Counted from the first letter of the stretch, positions 1-9,483 are shown. The stretch: 64,000 nt of DNA from a virus (IMGVR_UViG_3300021387_000895:27302-91301), one strand, 5' to 3'. A program made the numbers and translations. Notes: generated from the letters alone by a model not told the origin.

Positions 1-16
1 AGAGGAGGTGCTGAAC

Positions 17-466
17 ATGCCTGCTGCATACGGTGCTTTAGCTGAGCAGACCATTCAGCCGGGTGCGTTTATGGTGTTTACATCTACGCTTATTCCCTGT
101 AAGCTCGGTCTTATTCAGCATGCGGATGAAACTCCTCTCTTTAATCTGGCTGGGAATCGTTTGAATAATAACATGTGTTGTTGCTGCAAACAGACTCCGG
201 CCACTTACATCACTTCGTTCAATGCAAATGTTGCACTTTCCCCTGAAGCTACCGTTGAACCGATTTCGGTTTCAATTACTGTTGATAGCGTTCCTTTTCC
301 TTTATCGGAGATGAACTCTACTCCAGCTGCGGTAAGTGAATTCAATCACATTGGTACTGAGATTCCGATTCCGATTCTTAATGGCTGTTGTCAAAACGTA
401 GCTATTGAGAATACCGGTACTCAGCCTATTGTGGTTAGGGCCGGCATTATTATGTTTGATCGATGA
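17..466 (+). CDS. hypothetical Cys-rich protein (possibly structural)
   Basis: ORF with AGGAGG 7 nt upstream of ATG at 17; poly-Cys (CCCC, GCC) segments; no recognisable family. Confidence 0.45.
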   Translation: MPAAYGALAEQTIQPGAFMVFTSTLIPCKLGLIQHADETPLFNLAGNRLNNNMCCCCKQTPATYITSFNANVALSPEATVEPISVSITVDSVPFPLSEMNSTPAAVSEFNHIGTEIPIPILNGCCQNVAIENTGTQPIVVRAGIIMFDR

Positions 467-484
467 TGAAAGGAGGAAATCAAA

Positions 485-964
485 ATGGCAGATATGATGA
501 AAGAAAACGAGTGCTTTCAGAAGGATTATCAGCGTCTTTATGATAAGGGTACTTGGAATAAAGACGAAATAGCCATGATGAAAGATCTCAAGAAGCTTAT
601 GTACTATAATCTGGTTATTGACGCTATGGAAAATGGCGGAAGTTACCCTGGTTCTGAGCATATGCCTGAAATGAGCTATATGCGTGGTCGTGATGCTGCT
701 ACTGGACGTTACATGTCTCGTACAATGAATAATGGTTCTGGTCTGTATTATCCTCCGTATATGGATGGTAATTCCTGGAATGGGAATAATATGAATTCCA
801 GTAATCATTATAACGATGGCATGAACATGTCTGGTCGTCGTTACTACGATAGCGAAAAGGAAAAGGCCATCCACAAGCTTCATCATATGATGGAGAATGA
901 GGATAATGCCGAAAAGAAGAATGCTCTAAAGCTAGCCGTTACGGTTCTTGAAGAGCAGAAGTAA
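485..964 (+). CDS. hypothetical protein, N/G/Y/M-rich low-complexity core
   Basis: ORF with GGAGG RBS; compositionally biased middle, charged C-terminus. Confidence 0.45.
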   Translation: MADMMKENECFQKDYQRLYDKGTWNKDEIAMMKDLKKLMYYNLVIDAMENGGSYPGSEHMPEMSYMRGRDAATGRYMSRTMNNGSGLYYPPYMDGNSWNGNNMNSSNHYNDGMNMSGRRYYDSEKEKAIHKLHHMMENEDNAEKKNALKLAVTVLEEQK

Positions 965-1034
965 GTAACTTTTGAGGGCTTGGCTCGTTGCTTATGTGAT
1001 GAGCCTGGTCCTCTATTTTTTAGAGGTGATTAGA

Positions 1035-1337
1035 ATGAACGACTCTGTTATTGTTGCGGTTCTATGCACTTTACTTGCTTCTGGCGGCTTTTGGGCACTG
1101 CTTACAAAGCTTCTTGACAAGAAAAGTGCGAAAACAAAGATGCTTCTTGGACTTGGCCATGATCGTATTATGAGCTTAGGAATGAAGTATATAAGTAATG
1201 GTCAAATCACACAGTCCGAGTATGAGAATCTTTATAAATACTTATATGAGCCTTACAAAAAGATGGGTGGAAACGGTTCTGCCGAGAGACTTATGCGCGA
1301 AGTCGATAAACTTAAGATTGTTAAGGATTCGTATTAA
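1035..1337 (+). CDS. small membrane protein, holin-like (BhlA/UviB-like topology)
   Basis: ATG at 1035 after GAGGTGA; one N-terminal TM helix then charged coiled region. Confidence 0.35.
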   Translation: MNDSVIVAVLCTLLASGGFWALLTKLLDKKSAKTKMLLGLGHDRIMSLGMKYISNGQITQSEYENLYKYLYEPYKKMGGNGSAERLMREVDKLKIVKDSY

Positions 1338-1360
1338 TAAAAATTGAGGAGGAAAGCAAT

Positions 1361-1588
1361 ATGGTATTTAGTAATACTGTTTATGATAAATTGAAGTGGA
1401 TTGCTCTTATTCTTCTCCCTGCTTTGGCAACACTGTATCTTGCATTGTCTAAGTTTTGGACTATACCTTATCCAGAGCAGATCGCTGGTACTATCATGGC
1501 CGTAGACGCATTCCTTGGCGCTATACTGCAGATCAGTACAAAGAATTATAATGATGATCAGAAGGTGCTTGAGAAAAAGGAGGGGTAA
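1361..1588 (+). CDS. putative holin (two TM helices, charged C-terminus)
   Basis: 75 aa, two hydrophobic helices then KKEG tail; GGAGGAAAG RBS. Confidence 0.45.
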   Translation: MVFSNTVYDKLKWIALILLPALATLYLALSKFWTIPYPEQIAGTIMAVDAFLGAILQISTKNYNDDQKVLEKKEG

Positions 1589-1591
1589 TCA

Positions 1592-2632
1592 ATGGCAAAT
1601 ATTGAAAATGAATTATCCCAAATGAGAACTGCCGTATATGGTGAAGACATGCGTAAAGCCATATACGATGCAATGAGAAAAATAAATGATGATATTAAAG
1701 ATGGAATAGTTAAAGAGAATCAAGGTGTTAATAACGCCGGGAAGGCACTGGTGGTGGGCGCAGACGGCAACGTGACCACCGGGGACGCGGGGATCCCGGA
1801 CGCGGTGAAGGTCTCACTGCTGGATCTGGTGCGGCATGTGGCCTACATCGACGACCAGGGGCAGAGCTACTACGACGCGCTGTATGCGGCGCTGTACTGC
1901 GGCAGCGGCGGTTATCCGAGGCTGGAGGCGGTCTACGCGCCCGGCGACCATGTGGTGTATACCGACGACGCGCTGGACACGCTGAGGCCCTATCTGACGG
2001 TCAAGCGGCGTGAGAGCGCCCAGGACAGCGGCACTGTGGTGACGGACTACACGCTGAGTGGCACACTGGTGGATGGCCTGAGCACGGTGCTGGTGCGGAA
2101 GGATGCGCTGGTGACGGCGGTGCAGGTGGAGGCGGTGGATTTCTACAATATTCCATTGCGTTCCATTGGAGATGGATCTATGTCTATGGTTGTCGCATCG
2201 GTCAACACAAACAAAGACAATGTATCGCTATATCCATCACGCTTAATGATGGATAATATTATAAATACGCGCAGAAACTTTTCTGTCACGCGAGGCAGAG
2301 CACCGTATTATTTGCGAGATCAAACGGCTGTGCCAGCACAGTATTATCCCATACCGATTCCATCTAATGCCACCAAAATAAGGATAACGATGAATCCTTC
2401 TGGATTGTACATCTTCATGCACACCGTGCCATATGATGAAACGACTGGAACATATGGCAACAATATTGCAGATAACAGAGTAACGTGGACGCAGTTGGAC
2501 AACGGTGTACTTGAAAAGGAAATTACGAATCCGGGCAATTTGTTCCTGATTCTAAATTCCAAATATGATGACGCTGGAGAATCCTACCCGACAAACCCAA
2601 ACAATGTGATCGTTGAGTTTTTGGAGGTGTGA
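1592..2632 (+). CDS. tail fiber / receptor-binding-like protein with GC-rich mosaic middle
   Basis: 346 aa; nt ~1740-2150 jump to ~65% GC inside an otherwise AT-rich gene; lies next to the tailspike gene. Confidence 0.45.
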   Translation: MANIENELSQMRTAVYGEDMRKAIYDAMRKINDDIKDGIVKENQGVNNAGKALVVGADGNVTTGDAGIPDAVKVSLLDLVRHVAYIDDQGQSYYDALYAALYCGSGGYPRLEAVYAPGDHVVYTDDALDTLRPYLTVKRRESAQDSGTVVTDYTLSGTLVDGLSTVLVRKDALVTAVQVEAVDFYNIPLRSIGDGSMSMVVASVNTNKDNVSLYPSRLMMDNIINTRRNFSVTRGRAPYYLRDQTAVPAQYYPIPIPSNATKIRITMNPSGLYIFMHTVPYDETTGTYGNNIADNRVTWTQLDNGVLEKEITNPGNLFLILNSKYDDAGESYPTNPNNVIVEFLEV

Positions 2633-2634
2633 GC

Positions 2635-3600
2635 ATGAAGGACGTCTACGATTACAGTGGTAGCAAGCTGAATATCAGCGGTTTCGCAACACCGGAAATG
2701 TATGGGGCTGTAGGTGACGGAGTGGCTGATGATACAGTAGCAATACAGAAGGCAGTACAAGATAAGCGGCTTCTATTTGGAGCCGGGAGAAAATATAAAA
2801 TTACGACGGTTGTGGTGGTTGACGAAGGCACTGTAATAGATATGAACGGTTCGACGCTAATATGTACATATAAACAGTCGTTTTTTAACTTTCATAATGG
2901 CGATAGCTACGGAGGTTATAACGGGAACGGGAATATTACAATCCGAAATGGAACCATCATCGGCGGGGCAATCGGATTTATCCATGGTAAACACATAAGG
3001 CTTGAGAACCTGATATTCCAAAACACGTTAAAAGATCACTTCATTGAAATATGTGCCTGTCGGGATTTTCGGGTGAAGGACTGTATGTTTATCGGAATGC
3101 AAAACATGACTGGACGAGCGTTGGAATACATCAACATTGACACAAACGCCAGCTATGCTGCTTTCCCACACAACAGCAGTCACCAGAGCGACGCCACATT
3201 TTACGATATGGCCACCAATGCAGACATCACAATCCAGGATTGTTATTTTGCTCCGGGAGATGGCGATTATGCATATGGATACAACGCGATCGGTGTCCAT
3301 AGCCGCAATGTGGACAACACTTATGCCGATGGGGTTGCGCTCATCAACAACACGATCAAAGGCTTTACCGGCTGCGGGCTGAGGATCAACGCCATGCGCA
3401 AGGCGTACATCGCAGGCAACAACATCATGGCCGACGGGGATGGCATCCGCGTGGGTGACGTGGCGGACTGCGACGACGTGGTAATCGTGAACAACTATGT
3501 CGAATCCGAGAACGGCCAGAAGCTGGCGGTCACCGACGGACAGTGCCCGAACTTGACGGTGGCCGGGAATGCGGCAAAGGGCGAGCGGCAGGAGTTTTAG
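2635..3600 (+). CDS. right-handed beta-helix (pectin-lyase fold) tailspike / depolymerase
   Basis: Repeated NGTIIGG / IQNT / NNTIKG / AGNNI beta-helix rungs; GC-rich 3' end (3300-3600). Confidence 0.5.
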   Translation: MKDVYDYSGSKLNISGFATPEMYGAVGDGVADDTVAIQKAVQDKRLLFGAGRKYKITTVVVVDEGTVIDMNGSTLICTYKQSFFNFHNGDSYGGYNGNGNITIRNGTIIGGAIGFIHGKHIRLENLIFQNTLKDHFIEICACRDFRVKDCMFIGMQNMTGRALEYINIDTNASYAAFPHNSSHQSDATFYDMATNADITIQDCYFAPGDGDYAYGYNAIGVHSRNVDNTYADGVALINNTIKGFTGCGLRINAMRKAYIAGNNIMADGDGIRVGDVADCDDVVIVNNYVESENGQKLAVTDGQCPNLTVAGNAAKGERQEF

Positions 3601-3644
3601 AGGTTGAACCTTTGCCCCGGAGCGTGTATAAGCGAGGTGAAAAC

Positions 3645-3737
3645 ATGATCGACTTTAACAAATACAAATTCTCGACCTCTACCCACTGGATTGCCAACAG
3701 CGGCAAGGACGAGGTCGAGGTTCACAATATGCAGTAG
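3645..3737 (+). pseudogene. remnant of an endolysin N-terminus (GC-rich donor)
   Basis: MIDFNKYKFSTSTHWIANSGKDE parallels the N-terminus of the 3809 endolysin (INFDEYLYSTGTHYISNSGKDE); ends after 30 aa. Confidence 0.4.
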
Positions 3738-3808
3738 AAGTTATGGCGTTTAACACCGTTAAGAACTAGTGTAAAATTCTAAGATGAATAGTTATAAGGA
3801 GATTAACG

Positions 3809-4831
3809 ATGAGTATAAAAATTAATTTTGATGAATATTTATATTCCACAGGCACTCACTACATCTCCAACTCTGGTAAGGATGAAAACGGCGCTTATCA
3901 TGGTGGTAAGGCTGGCGATCAGACTGGCCATGAGTGGGAATTGAAAGCTTGGTATAATCGGCCGTGGACTGTCGTTCTTAGGTATCCTGACTATGCTGTC
4001 GCCAGGAAGATTGCTAAACTTGCTATTGCCGCCGCTCTTAATAATAAGATTGGCTACGACCAGTATGAACGTACAAGCTATTGGACTCAGCTTAAGGCTG
4101 CGAAGTTTGATCCTTCCAAGATTACAACTCCTTGCGAAGACGATTGTACGGCCGGTGTCTCTGCTAATGTTCGAGCTGCTGGCTATATCTTCAATATTCA
4201 GGCTCTTAAAGACATTCCGATTTGTTCAAGTCGTGATATGAGGGCTAAGTTCACAAAGGCTGGTTTTAAGGCTCTGACAGCTTCGAAGTATTTGAGTGGC
4301 TATAATTATTTACTTCCCGGCGACATTCTCCTTTGCGAGAATCATCATGCAGCGACGAATATTACAATTGGCAGCAAAGTTGTCGAGCCTAAGATTGATG
4401 AGATCACAATCGATTTGAATGGCGAGATTCAGTCTGAAGTTGTACCAACTATCATGGGCTTTATTACCGTAAAAGGAAATTATAACGTCCGAACTGAAGC
4501 TAATAAGTCTGCTCGGTCAATCGGTGTTGCTAAGTCCGGCGAAAAGATCTCGTATCTCGGAGTAAATCAAAATGGTTGGAATGAGGTATGGTTTAGAGAA
4601 GAAGTAGGCTGGATTTCTTCTAAGGCTGGCGAAGTTAAAGAACTTAAAGGCTCACTTTTAGATGTTGTTCGTGGCAGCTGGAATGTGAGAGCCGAAGCAA
4701 ATGTTGAAAGTAAAAAGCTTGGTGTTGTCCATGCTGGAGATCAGTTGATGTCTACTGGTAAGCAAACCGATGGCTGGTACGAAGTTGAGTATAAAGACTC
4801 TACTGGCTGGGTATCCAAGAAGGCGTTTTAG
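3809..4831 (+). CDS. endolysin: cysteine-peptidase-like (NlpC/P60 or CHAP type) catalytic domain + two SH3b cell-wall-binding repeats
   Basis: Cys motif TPCEDDCTAGV and His motif LLCENHHAA; two C-terminal repeats GNYNVR..GW / GSWNVR..GW typical of SH3b. Confidence 0.55.
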   Translation: MSIKINFDEYLYSTGTHYISNSGKDENGAYHGGKAGDQTGHEWELKAWYNRPWTVVLRYPDYAVARKIAKLAIAAALNNKIGYDQYERTSYWTQLKAAKFDPSKITTPCEDDCTAGVSANVRAAGYIFNIQALKDIPICSSRDMRAKFTKAGFKALTASKYLSGYNYLLPGDILLCENHHAATNITIGSKVVEPKIDEITIDLNGEIQSEVVPTIMGFITVKGNYNVRTEANKSARSIGVAKSGEKISYLGVNQNGWNEVWFREEVGWISSKAGEVKELKGSLLDVVRGSWNVRAEANVESKKLGVVHAGDQLMSTGKQTDGWYEVEYKDSTGWVSKKAF

Positions 4832-4855
4832 TTTATCAAAGGTTGGTGGTTTCAA

Positions 4856-5101
4856 ATGATGCCAATTGATGCCAAATACTCGATTCATTCTCTTGGTAAG
4901 ACTGTAACTTTTTACGATTTGGAAGGAAACAAATTTGAAGCAACTCTCGTTGGAGTACACGTTGAATCTGAAGATATTCTCTATCAGATCCCAAGAAGTA
5001 TTGCAGATGATATTCCTCCAGGATCAATAGCGTTTACCACAGGAGGAGTCGATTCATGGCAAAAGAATTTCTCCGGAACATGGGAAGCGGTGGAAAACTA
5101 A
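4856..5101 (+). CDS. hypothetical protein
   Basis: ORF with GGTGG RBS. Confidence 0.35.
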   Translation: MMPIDAKYSIHSLGKTVTFYDLEGNKFEATLVGVHVESEDILYQIPRSIADDIPPGSIAFTTGGVDSWQKNFSGTWEAVEN

Positions 5102-5538
5102 TGGGATTAAGATCTTTAAAGAGACTTAAAGCCTTTTTTGTTGGAGATTTTTATGAGATAATACTAGGATCTAGATCAAATCGAAGTGTTGACTTTAGCG
5201 ATCCAGAGGTTTTAAAGCAAGAGTTCATTCGAGCATTTTCAAGATTCAAATATTGGAAGTGGGACCCTTTCAATTTTACAAATGAATATACATATAAAGA
5301 AATCGAAAAAGAATCTCCAAAACATGTTTTCTATAATCCTTCAATCGGAACCGAGTATCCAAATCCTTCGATAGTATTTTATAAAGATAGCGGATCGGTT
5401 TCTTATTCTGTTGAGATATACGACATTAAAAACCCAAGTGATATAGCAAAGTATTATGCCAAGAGGTTTAAGATGTCGATTAAATCAACAGAAAATATTG
5501 GTGATAACTATAAGTATTCTTATACCATGACAGTATAA
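5056..5538 (+). CDS. hypothetical protein (true start probably internal ATG ~5101)
   Basis: ORF overlapping previous; no family recognised. Confidence 0.35.
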   Translation: MAKEFLRNMGSGGKLMGLRSLKRLKAFFVGDFYEIILGSRSNRSVDFSDPEVLKQEFIRAFSRFKYWKWDPFNFTNEYTYKEIEKESPKHVFYNPSIGTEYPNPSIVFYKDSGSVSYSVEIYDIKNPSDIAKYYAKRFKMSIKSTENIGDNYKYSYTMTV

Positions 5539-5553
5539 AAGGAGGTATGTAAA

Positions 5554-5814
5554 ATGGCTAAGTACAATAGTATTAACGATGTCGTTGCTGGGCATATCAA
5601 TGCTCTGATTGAAAAGAAGGGCTATAATAAGGAAGATTATCCCTTCCAGAATGATATTAATAGCGCACTTGTCCAGCTGGCTGCGATCTATGCGAAGATT
5701 GCCGATAAGGAAGTTGCAGTGGCTGCTGATGCATTTACAATTGTTGGTGCTCTGGATGCTTTCCTGGATGTCACCGATGAAGTAATTGCTGGTGAAAATT
5801 CTTCTAATCCATAG
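5554..5814 (+). CDS. hypothetical protein
   Basis: AAGGAGG RBS before ATG at 5554. Confidence 0.4.
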   Translation: MAKYNSINDVVAGHINALIEKKGYNKEDYPFQNDINSALVQLAAIYAKIADKEVAVAADAFTIVGALDAFLDVTDEVIAGENSSNP

Positions 5815-5910
5815 CTGAATCCTGAAACCTGATAGCATTTGACTAATATGACGGGACCGTGGTATACTTGTACTGCGGTCTCGTCTTCTTATTCAAAATG
5901 GGAGGGTAGT

Positions 5911-6840
5911 ATGGAACAAGGAAGACTAGACAATTGTATTTTAGAATGGCTTGAGGATCATAAAAAGAATTCTGTAAAGGTCTTATCTTATGATAGGCTT
6001 TTGACGGCTTACAAGCTTATGCGATGTTATCCTGTTGCGAATTATCGAGTTTGCGACATGACATCAAAAGAGATTCAGAGATATTTGAATACTCTTGTTG
6101 ATGATGGGTACTCGATGTCTACGATCAAAAAGCAGTTTAATCTTATAACAGCTTATTGGAAGTGGGCAATGTCACAGGGGCTTGTTTCAAATCCATTATA
6201 TTTAGGAGTTAATTTACCGTTCGAGGAAGCCCTCCACAGCCCTTCAAAAGAGATTGAAGCTTACTCTCACAGTGAGCAAGAGAAGCTCTTAGAAAGGCTC
6301 ATAAGGCTTGAGAAAGACCAATACGGAGCTGCTGTACTAATGCTTGAAGCTGGACTTAGGGTAGGGGAGGCTTTGGCTCTAACTTGGGATGATGTCTTAT
6401 GGAACAGACGAGCTATAAGAATTCATCGTACTCTGATAAGGAAGTCTTCTGAACCTATTACTTACGTTCAAGACAGTCCGAAAAGTAAGAAGAGCAAACG
6501 AACGATCCCGCTTAGTGATACGGCTATGGAGGTTCTTTCGAAGTTAAAAGTTCGTAAAACCGGATGCCGATTCATCTTCTGCGAGGATCAACACAGCAAA
6601 ATGCCATACAGCTACTCGTCAGTCGAGTTTCATATAAGGCATTTGTGTAAAGATTTGGTTATTCCTTACAAAGGACTTCATGCTTTCAGGCATACGTTCG
6701 CGACGAACTGCTACGAGCGAGGTTGTGATGTTAAGATTTTGTCAAAACTGCTCGGGCACGCAAATGTTGCAATAACATACAACACATACATCCATTTATA
6801 CGGAGATGCTCTTGAAGAAATGCGAAAGGTGATTGGGTAA
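5911..6840 (+). CDS. int: tyrosine integrase / site-specific recombinase
   Basis: ATG at 5911 after GGGAGGG; C-terminal catalytic motifs LRVGEALAL..., HAFRHTFAT, LGHANVAITYNTYIH (R..HxxR..Y). Confidence 0.85.
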   Translation: MEQGRLDNCILEWLEDHKKNSVKVLSYDRLLTAYKLMRCYPVANYRVCDMTSKEIQRYLNTLVDDGYSMSTIKKQFNLITAYWKWAMSQGLVSNPLYLGVNLPFEEALHSPSKEIEAYSHSEQEKLLERLIRLEKDQYGAAVLMLEAGLRVGEALALTWDDVLWNRRAIRIHRTLIRKSSEPITYVQDSPKSKKSKRTIPLSDTAMEVLSKLKVRKTGCRFIFCEDQHSKMPYSYSSVEFHIRHLCKDLVIPYKGLHAFRHTFATNCYERGCDVKILSKLLGHANVAITYNTYIHLYGDALEEMRKVIG

Positions 6841-7042
6841 ATCCTACAAAAAGAATGAGGCCCACATTATGCAGACCTCATAAAATATGAAGGTGCCACC
6901 CGGATTCGGACCGGGGAATGAAGGTTTTGCAGACCTTTATTGTACAACATGTAGCATAATTCAAAATGGCAGTACACCATATATAGTGGATTAAGTACTT
7001 AAGACGAGACCGCATTGTTAAGATATATTTAATACATAATAT

Positions 7043-7120
7043 GCTAACGTAGTTCAAATGGTAGAACAGCCCTTTTCAGAGTCCAGGGTCGAGGTACTGG
7101 TTCGAGTCCAGTCGTTAGTA
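7043..7120 (+). tRNA. tRNA-like element with atypical (11-nt) anticodon loop
   Basis: Acceptor GCTAACG/CGTTAGT, D arm GTTC-AAATGGTA-GAAC, T arm ACTGG-TTCGAGT-CCAGT fold; anticodon stem GCCCT/AGGGT encloses 11 nt; 200 bp downstream of integrase. Confidence 0.4.
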
Positions 7121-7188
7121 ATGAAAACCAATCGATAGGCTGGATCGATTTGCCGCTAGGTTTTTGCTAAAATTTTAGAGGCGGCACA

Positions 7189-7228
7189 TTCGCGTTTCAA
7201 ACAGGCTCCTTAGTAGAAAGGAGTGTAA
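7189..7228 (+). promoter_or_regulatory. conserved early-cassette motif TTCGCGTTTCAAACA..CTCCTTAGTAGAAAGGAG (representative copy)
   Basis: Same motif recurs ~30 times upstream of small ORFs; contains the RBS of the downstream gene. Confidence 0.5.
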
Positions 7229-7231
7229 GGC

Positions 7232-7495
7232 ATGCTGGGTGATTATGGATACATTAATGTCAGGAGTATTACTTCACGAAAAGATTGTCGACAAATTAAG
7301 AACCGAATTAGAGACGAATTACTTTGGAGAGACCGGAAACTAAACGAAGAAATAATTCATAAGGTTTTCACGAAGTGCATAGACCAACTTGAAAAAGTCG
7401 GGTATCTAACAGAAACGACAATAAGAGATTTTGTTGATGAAGAAGTTCTTGGCAAAGATTCTAAGTATGCTTTTTGGTTTGAAACTCTATCTTAA
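7232..7495 (+). CDS. hypothetical small protein
   Basis: Preceded by early-cassette motif. Confidence 0.45.
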   Translation: MLGDYGYINVRSITSRKDCRQIKNRIRDELLWRDRKLNEEIIHKVFTKCIDQLEKVGYLTETTIRDFVDEEVLGKDSKYAFWFETLS

Positions 7496-7552
7496 CAAGA
7501 AAGCTCTGATTAATTTCAGGGCTTTAATTTTTTATTTAAGGAGGAATTAGAT

Positions 7553-8062
7553 GTGACTAATTTCAAGCTCGAGGCCCCGTGGTACACTTACAATAAGATG
7601 GTTACAGAACTATTTGAAAGCGATCAGAATGTGGAAGTCGGTGATATTGTCGATACTGGCGATGGTACTTTTTCTATGACCATCAGCGTTTCTGATCATG
7701 ACAAGTTTGTTGCTCTGGATCGTGTTATGCCCAATAAAGTTGAATTTGGTAATATTATCCTGAATATTATTGTTAAGTCTGCCGAGAGCAATGATGTGAT
7801 CGAAGATTATGTTGAACTTTACAAGACTATTTTTAAGAATAACCTGCTTGTCAAGGATTTCAAGGTTACCACTGACTTTGCAGGATCTACTCATTGCTTT
7901 GTTCGGTTTTGGCCGGAAGTTGTACAATTTTTTAACGACAATACTTCCGACTATGACGGTAATTGGTCTGGCCTTGCTCAGGATATTGCGAAGGAAATCT
8001 TTGCAGATTGTCCGGCTGGTATTCACTTCTGCACAGCTAGTATCAAGGAAAATGAAGCTTAA
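7553..8062 (+). CDS. hypothetical protein (GTG start)
   Basis: AGGAGG 7 nt upstream of GTG; preceded by hairpin + TTTAATTTTTT element shared with 59.3 kb. Confidence 0.45.
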   Translation: MTNFKLEAPWYTYNKMVTELFESDQNVEVGDIVDTGDGTFSMTISVSDHDKFVALDRVMPNKVEFGNIILNIIVKSAESNDVIEDYVELYKTIFKNNLLVKDFKVTTDFAGSTHCFVRFWPEVVQFFNDNTSDYDGNWSGLAQDIAKEIFADCPAGIHFCTASIKENEA

Positions 8063-8113
8063 GATTAAAAAGAAGTGATATTCAATAGGTAGTCTTTTAT
8101 GGCTACCTAATTT

Positions 8114-8187
8114 GCTCGATTAGCTCAGTAGGTTAGAGCAGCGGCCTTATAAGCCGTGTGTCCTGAGTTCGAGTCTCAGATCGAGTA
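8114..8187 (+). tRNA. tRNA-Ile (anticodon TAT/UAU), AUA-decoding
   Basis: Full cloverleaf: acceptor GCTCGAT/ATCGAGT, D stem GCTC/GAGC, anticodon stem GCGGC/GCCGT loop CTTATAA, T arm CTGAG-TTCGAGT-CTCAG. Confidence 0.6.
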
Positions 8188-8233
8188 TTATATTCGCATT
8201 TCAAACAGCCTCCTTAGTAGAAAGGAGTGATCT

Positions 8234-8455
8234 ATGATGTCTAAACTCATCGGAATGCTTTTTAAGGTTAAAACTGATGAGAAAGCTTTTGAAGAACTAA
8301 GAGATAGGACTAAAGACATGCCAAAGGAGTACCAAGATAGAGCTGAGTTTACTTTAGCTTGCTATGGTTTATTGAAATTCGGTATGGCGGCACTTATAAG
8401 TTCGGATTTGAAAAAGAAAAATGTTGAGGATTCCATGGAAAGTGCGGCATTATAG
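8234..8455 (+). CDS. hypothetical small protein
   Basis: Early-cassette motif upstream; terminator hairpin downstream. Confidence 0.45.
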   Translation: MMSKLIGMLFKVKTDEKAFEELRDRTKDMPKEYQDRAEFTLACYGLLKFGMAALISSDLKKKNVEDSMESAAL

Positions 8456-8576
8456 AAAATCTAATAAGCTGAGATAACACTCGGCTTATTTTTTTTCGCG
8501 ATTAAAACACATTTCTTAATAGATATAGGAGTCTTGATTTATTCAAGGCTCTATAGTTTTTAGGAGGTGTGATCCG

Positions 8577-8822
8577 ATGAATAATGTTAAGATTTCAACT
8601 AGCTGTCTTGAGGGATATTTGACTAAGGCTTGTCCGCATTGCGTGTTTTGGAGTGATGGAGACAACGAATTGCTCAACGAGGTCTATCCGATGGCATATG
8701 GAAGAGAATTAGGAGCTTCAGTAGGATGTTGCATTCCGGCTCCAATTGGCGACTGTCCTTTCTTCAGAGTATATGTCGAAGGTAAGAATGTACTCGCTCA
8801 ACTGGTTCAATCCCAGGAGTGA
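8577..8822 (+). CDS. hypothetical Cys-rich small protein
   Basis: GGAGG RBS; C..CPHC..CC motifs. Confidence 0.4.
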   Translation: MNNVKISTSCLEGYLTKACPHCVFWSDGDNELLNEVYPMAYGRELGASVGCCIPAPIGDCPFFRVYVEGKNVLAQLVQSQE

Positions 8823-8971
8823 GCAAAATCAAAATGGGATTAAATAGTGCTGTTTTCATTTGATTACCTCCTTTCTTGATATACGATATATAGAGGTTCC
8901 CATGATGCCGACCACATTGCACTAGCCTCTATACATATTAATAGTGATTGGATATCAGGAGGTTATTAACA

Positions 8972-9205
8972 ATGAATAATGAAGAATTAAAAGGCGATTC
9001 GAAGTGTTTTGTCATTTTTTATCGCTATGGATTAAGTTGCGGTGTAACAAAAGTCACAAGAAAATTAGATGATGCTATACGATTTATCTCTGAAATAACT
9101 GGAATTTCGCGTTTCGAAATAAATCAGAATTATGAAATGGGAAAGACTGAGGTGTTTGATAGATATAATACATTTTATTATATAGAAGAGCACCCATTAG
9201 ATTAA
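8972..9205 (+). CDS. hypothetical small protein
   Basis: AGGAGG RBS before ATG 8972. Confidence 0.4.
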   Translation: MNNEELKGDSKCFVIFYRYGLSCGVTKVTRKLDDAIRFISEITGISRFEINQNYEMGKTEVFDRYNTFYYIEEHPLD

Positions 9206-9272
9206 TCATAATTAAAGATTATTCGCGATTAAAACAAGCTGTATAATGATAAATTTAAAGGAGGGTTTTCTC

Positions 9273-9431
9273 ATGAAGAAATTCTTTGTTGAAGCTCGAA
9301 CCGATAATGGTATGAGGATTACGATGACTGTGCCTGCCGAAACCGCTATGGATGCGGAATTGGAAGCCGGTCGCAAGCTCATTTCCACCGGGTTCAAGAA
9401 CTCGAAGATTTCCATCGTGGAAGAGTGCTAA
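9273..9431 (+). CDS. hypothetical small protein (52 aa)
   Basis: AAAGGAGGG RBS; followed by strong terminator hairpin + T10. Confidence 0.4.
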   Translation: MKKFFVEARTDNGMRITMTVPAETAMDAELEAGRKLISTGFKNSKISIVEEC

Positions 9432-9480
9432 GGTTTATCGACCGATAATAAGGGATGCATAACGTGTCCCTTATTTTTTT
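9432..9480 (+). terminator. rho-independent terminator
   Basis: AAGGGATGCATAACGTGTCCCTTATTTTTTTTTT hairpin + T-run. Confidence 0.6.
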
Positions 9481-9483
9481 TTT

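Noticed and set aside
302-886. Minus-strand 194-aa ORF and the other minus-strand ORFs in the track (e.g. 20747-21271, 31535-32257, 58031-58630)
   Set aside because: They overlap well-supported + strand genes in antisense, lack RBSs, and have repetitive/low-complexity translations typical of shadow ORFs.
1035-1588. Calling these two genes the definitive holin pair of the lysis cassette
   Set aside because: Topology fits holins, but they lie upstream of tail fiber genes rather than next to the endolysin. Kept as low-confidence holin-like membrane proteins.
3543-3737. 64-aa ORF as a real gene
   Set aside because: The first half is an out-of-frame read-through of the tailspike 3' end. Only the last 30 aa are meaningful, as an endolysin N-terminal remnant.
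1592-3740. Diversity-generating retroelement (variable/template repeat in the tail fiber)
   Set aside because: No reverse transcriptase in the window and the two GC-rich patches are not near-identical to each other. Horizontal mosaicism is the simpler explanation.
8776-8868. Minus-strand ~30-aa ORF with a perfect AAAGGAGGTAATCAAATG RBS
   Set aside because: It is very short, runs antisense into the 3' end of gene 8577-8822, and lies within a + strand terminator region. Probably a chance anti-SD-like string.
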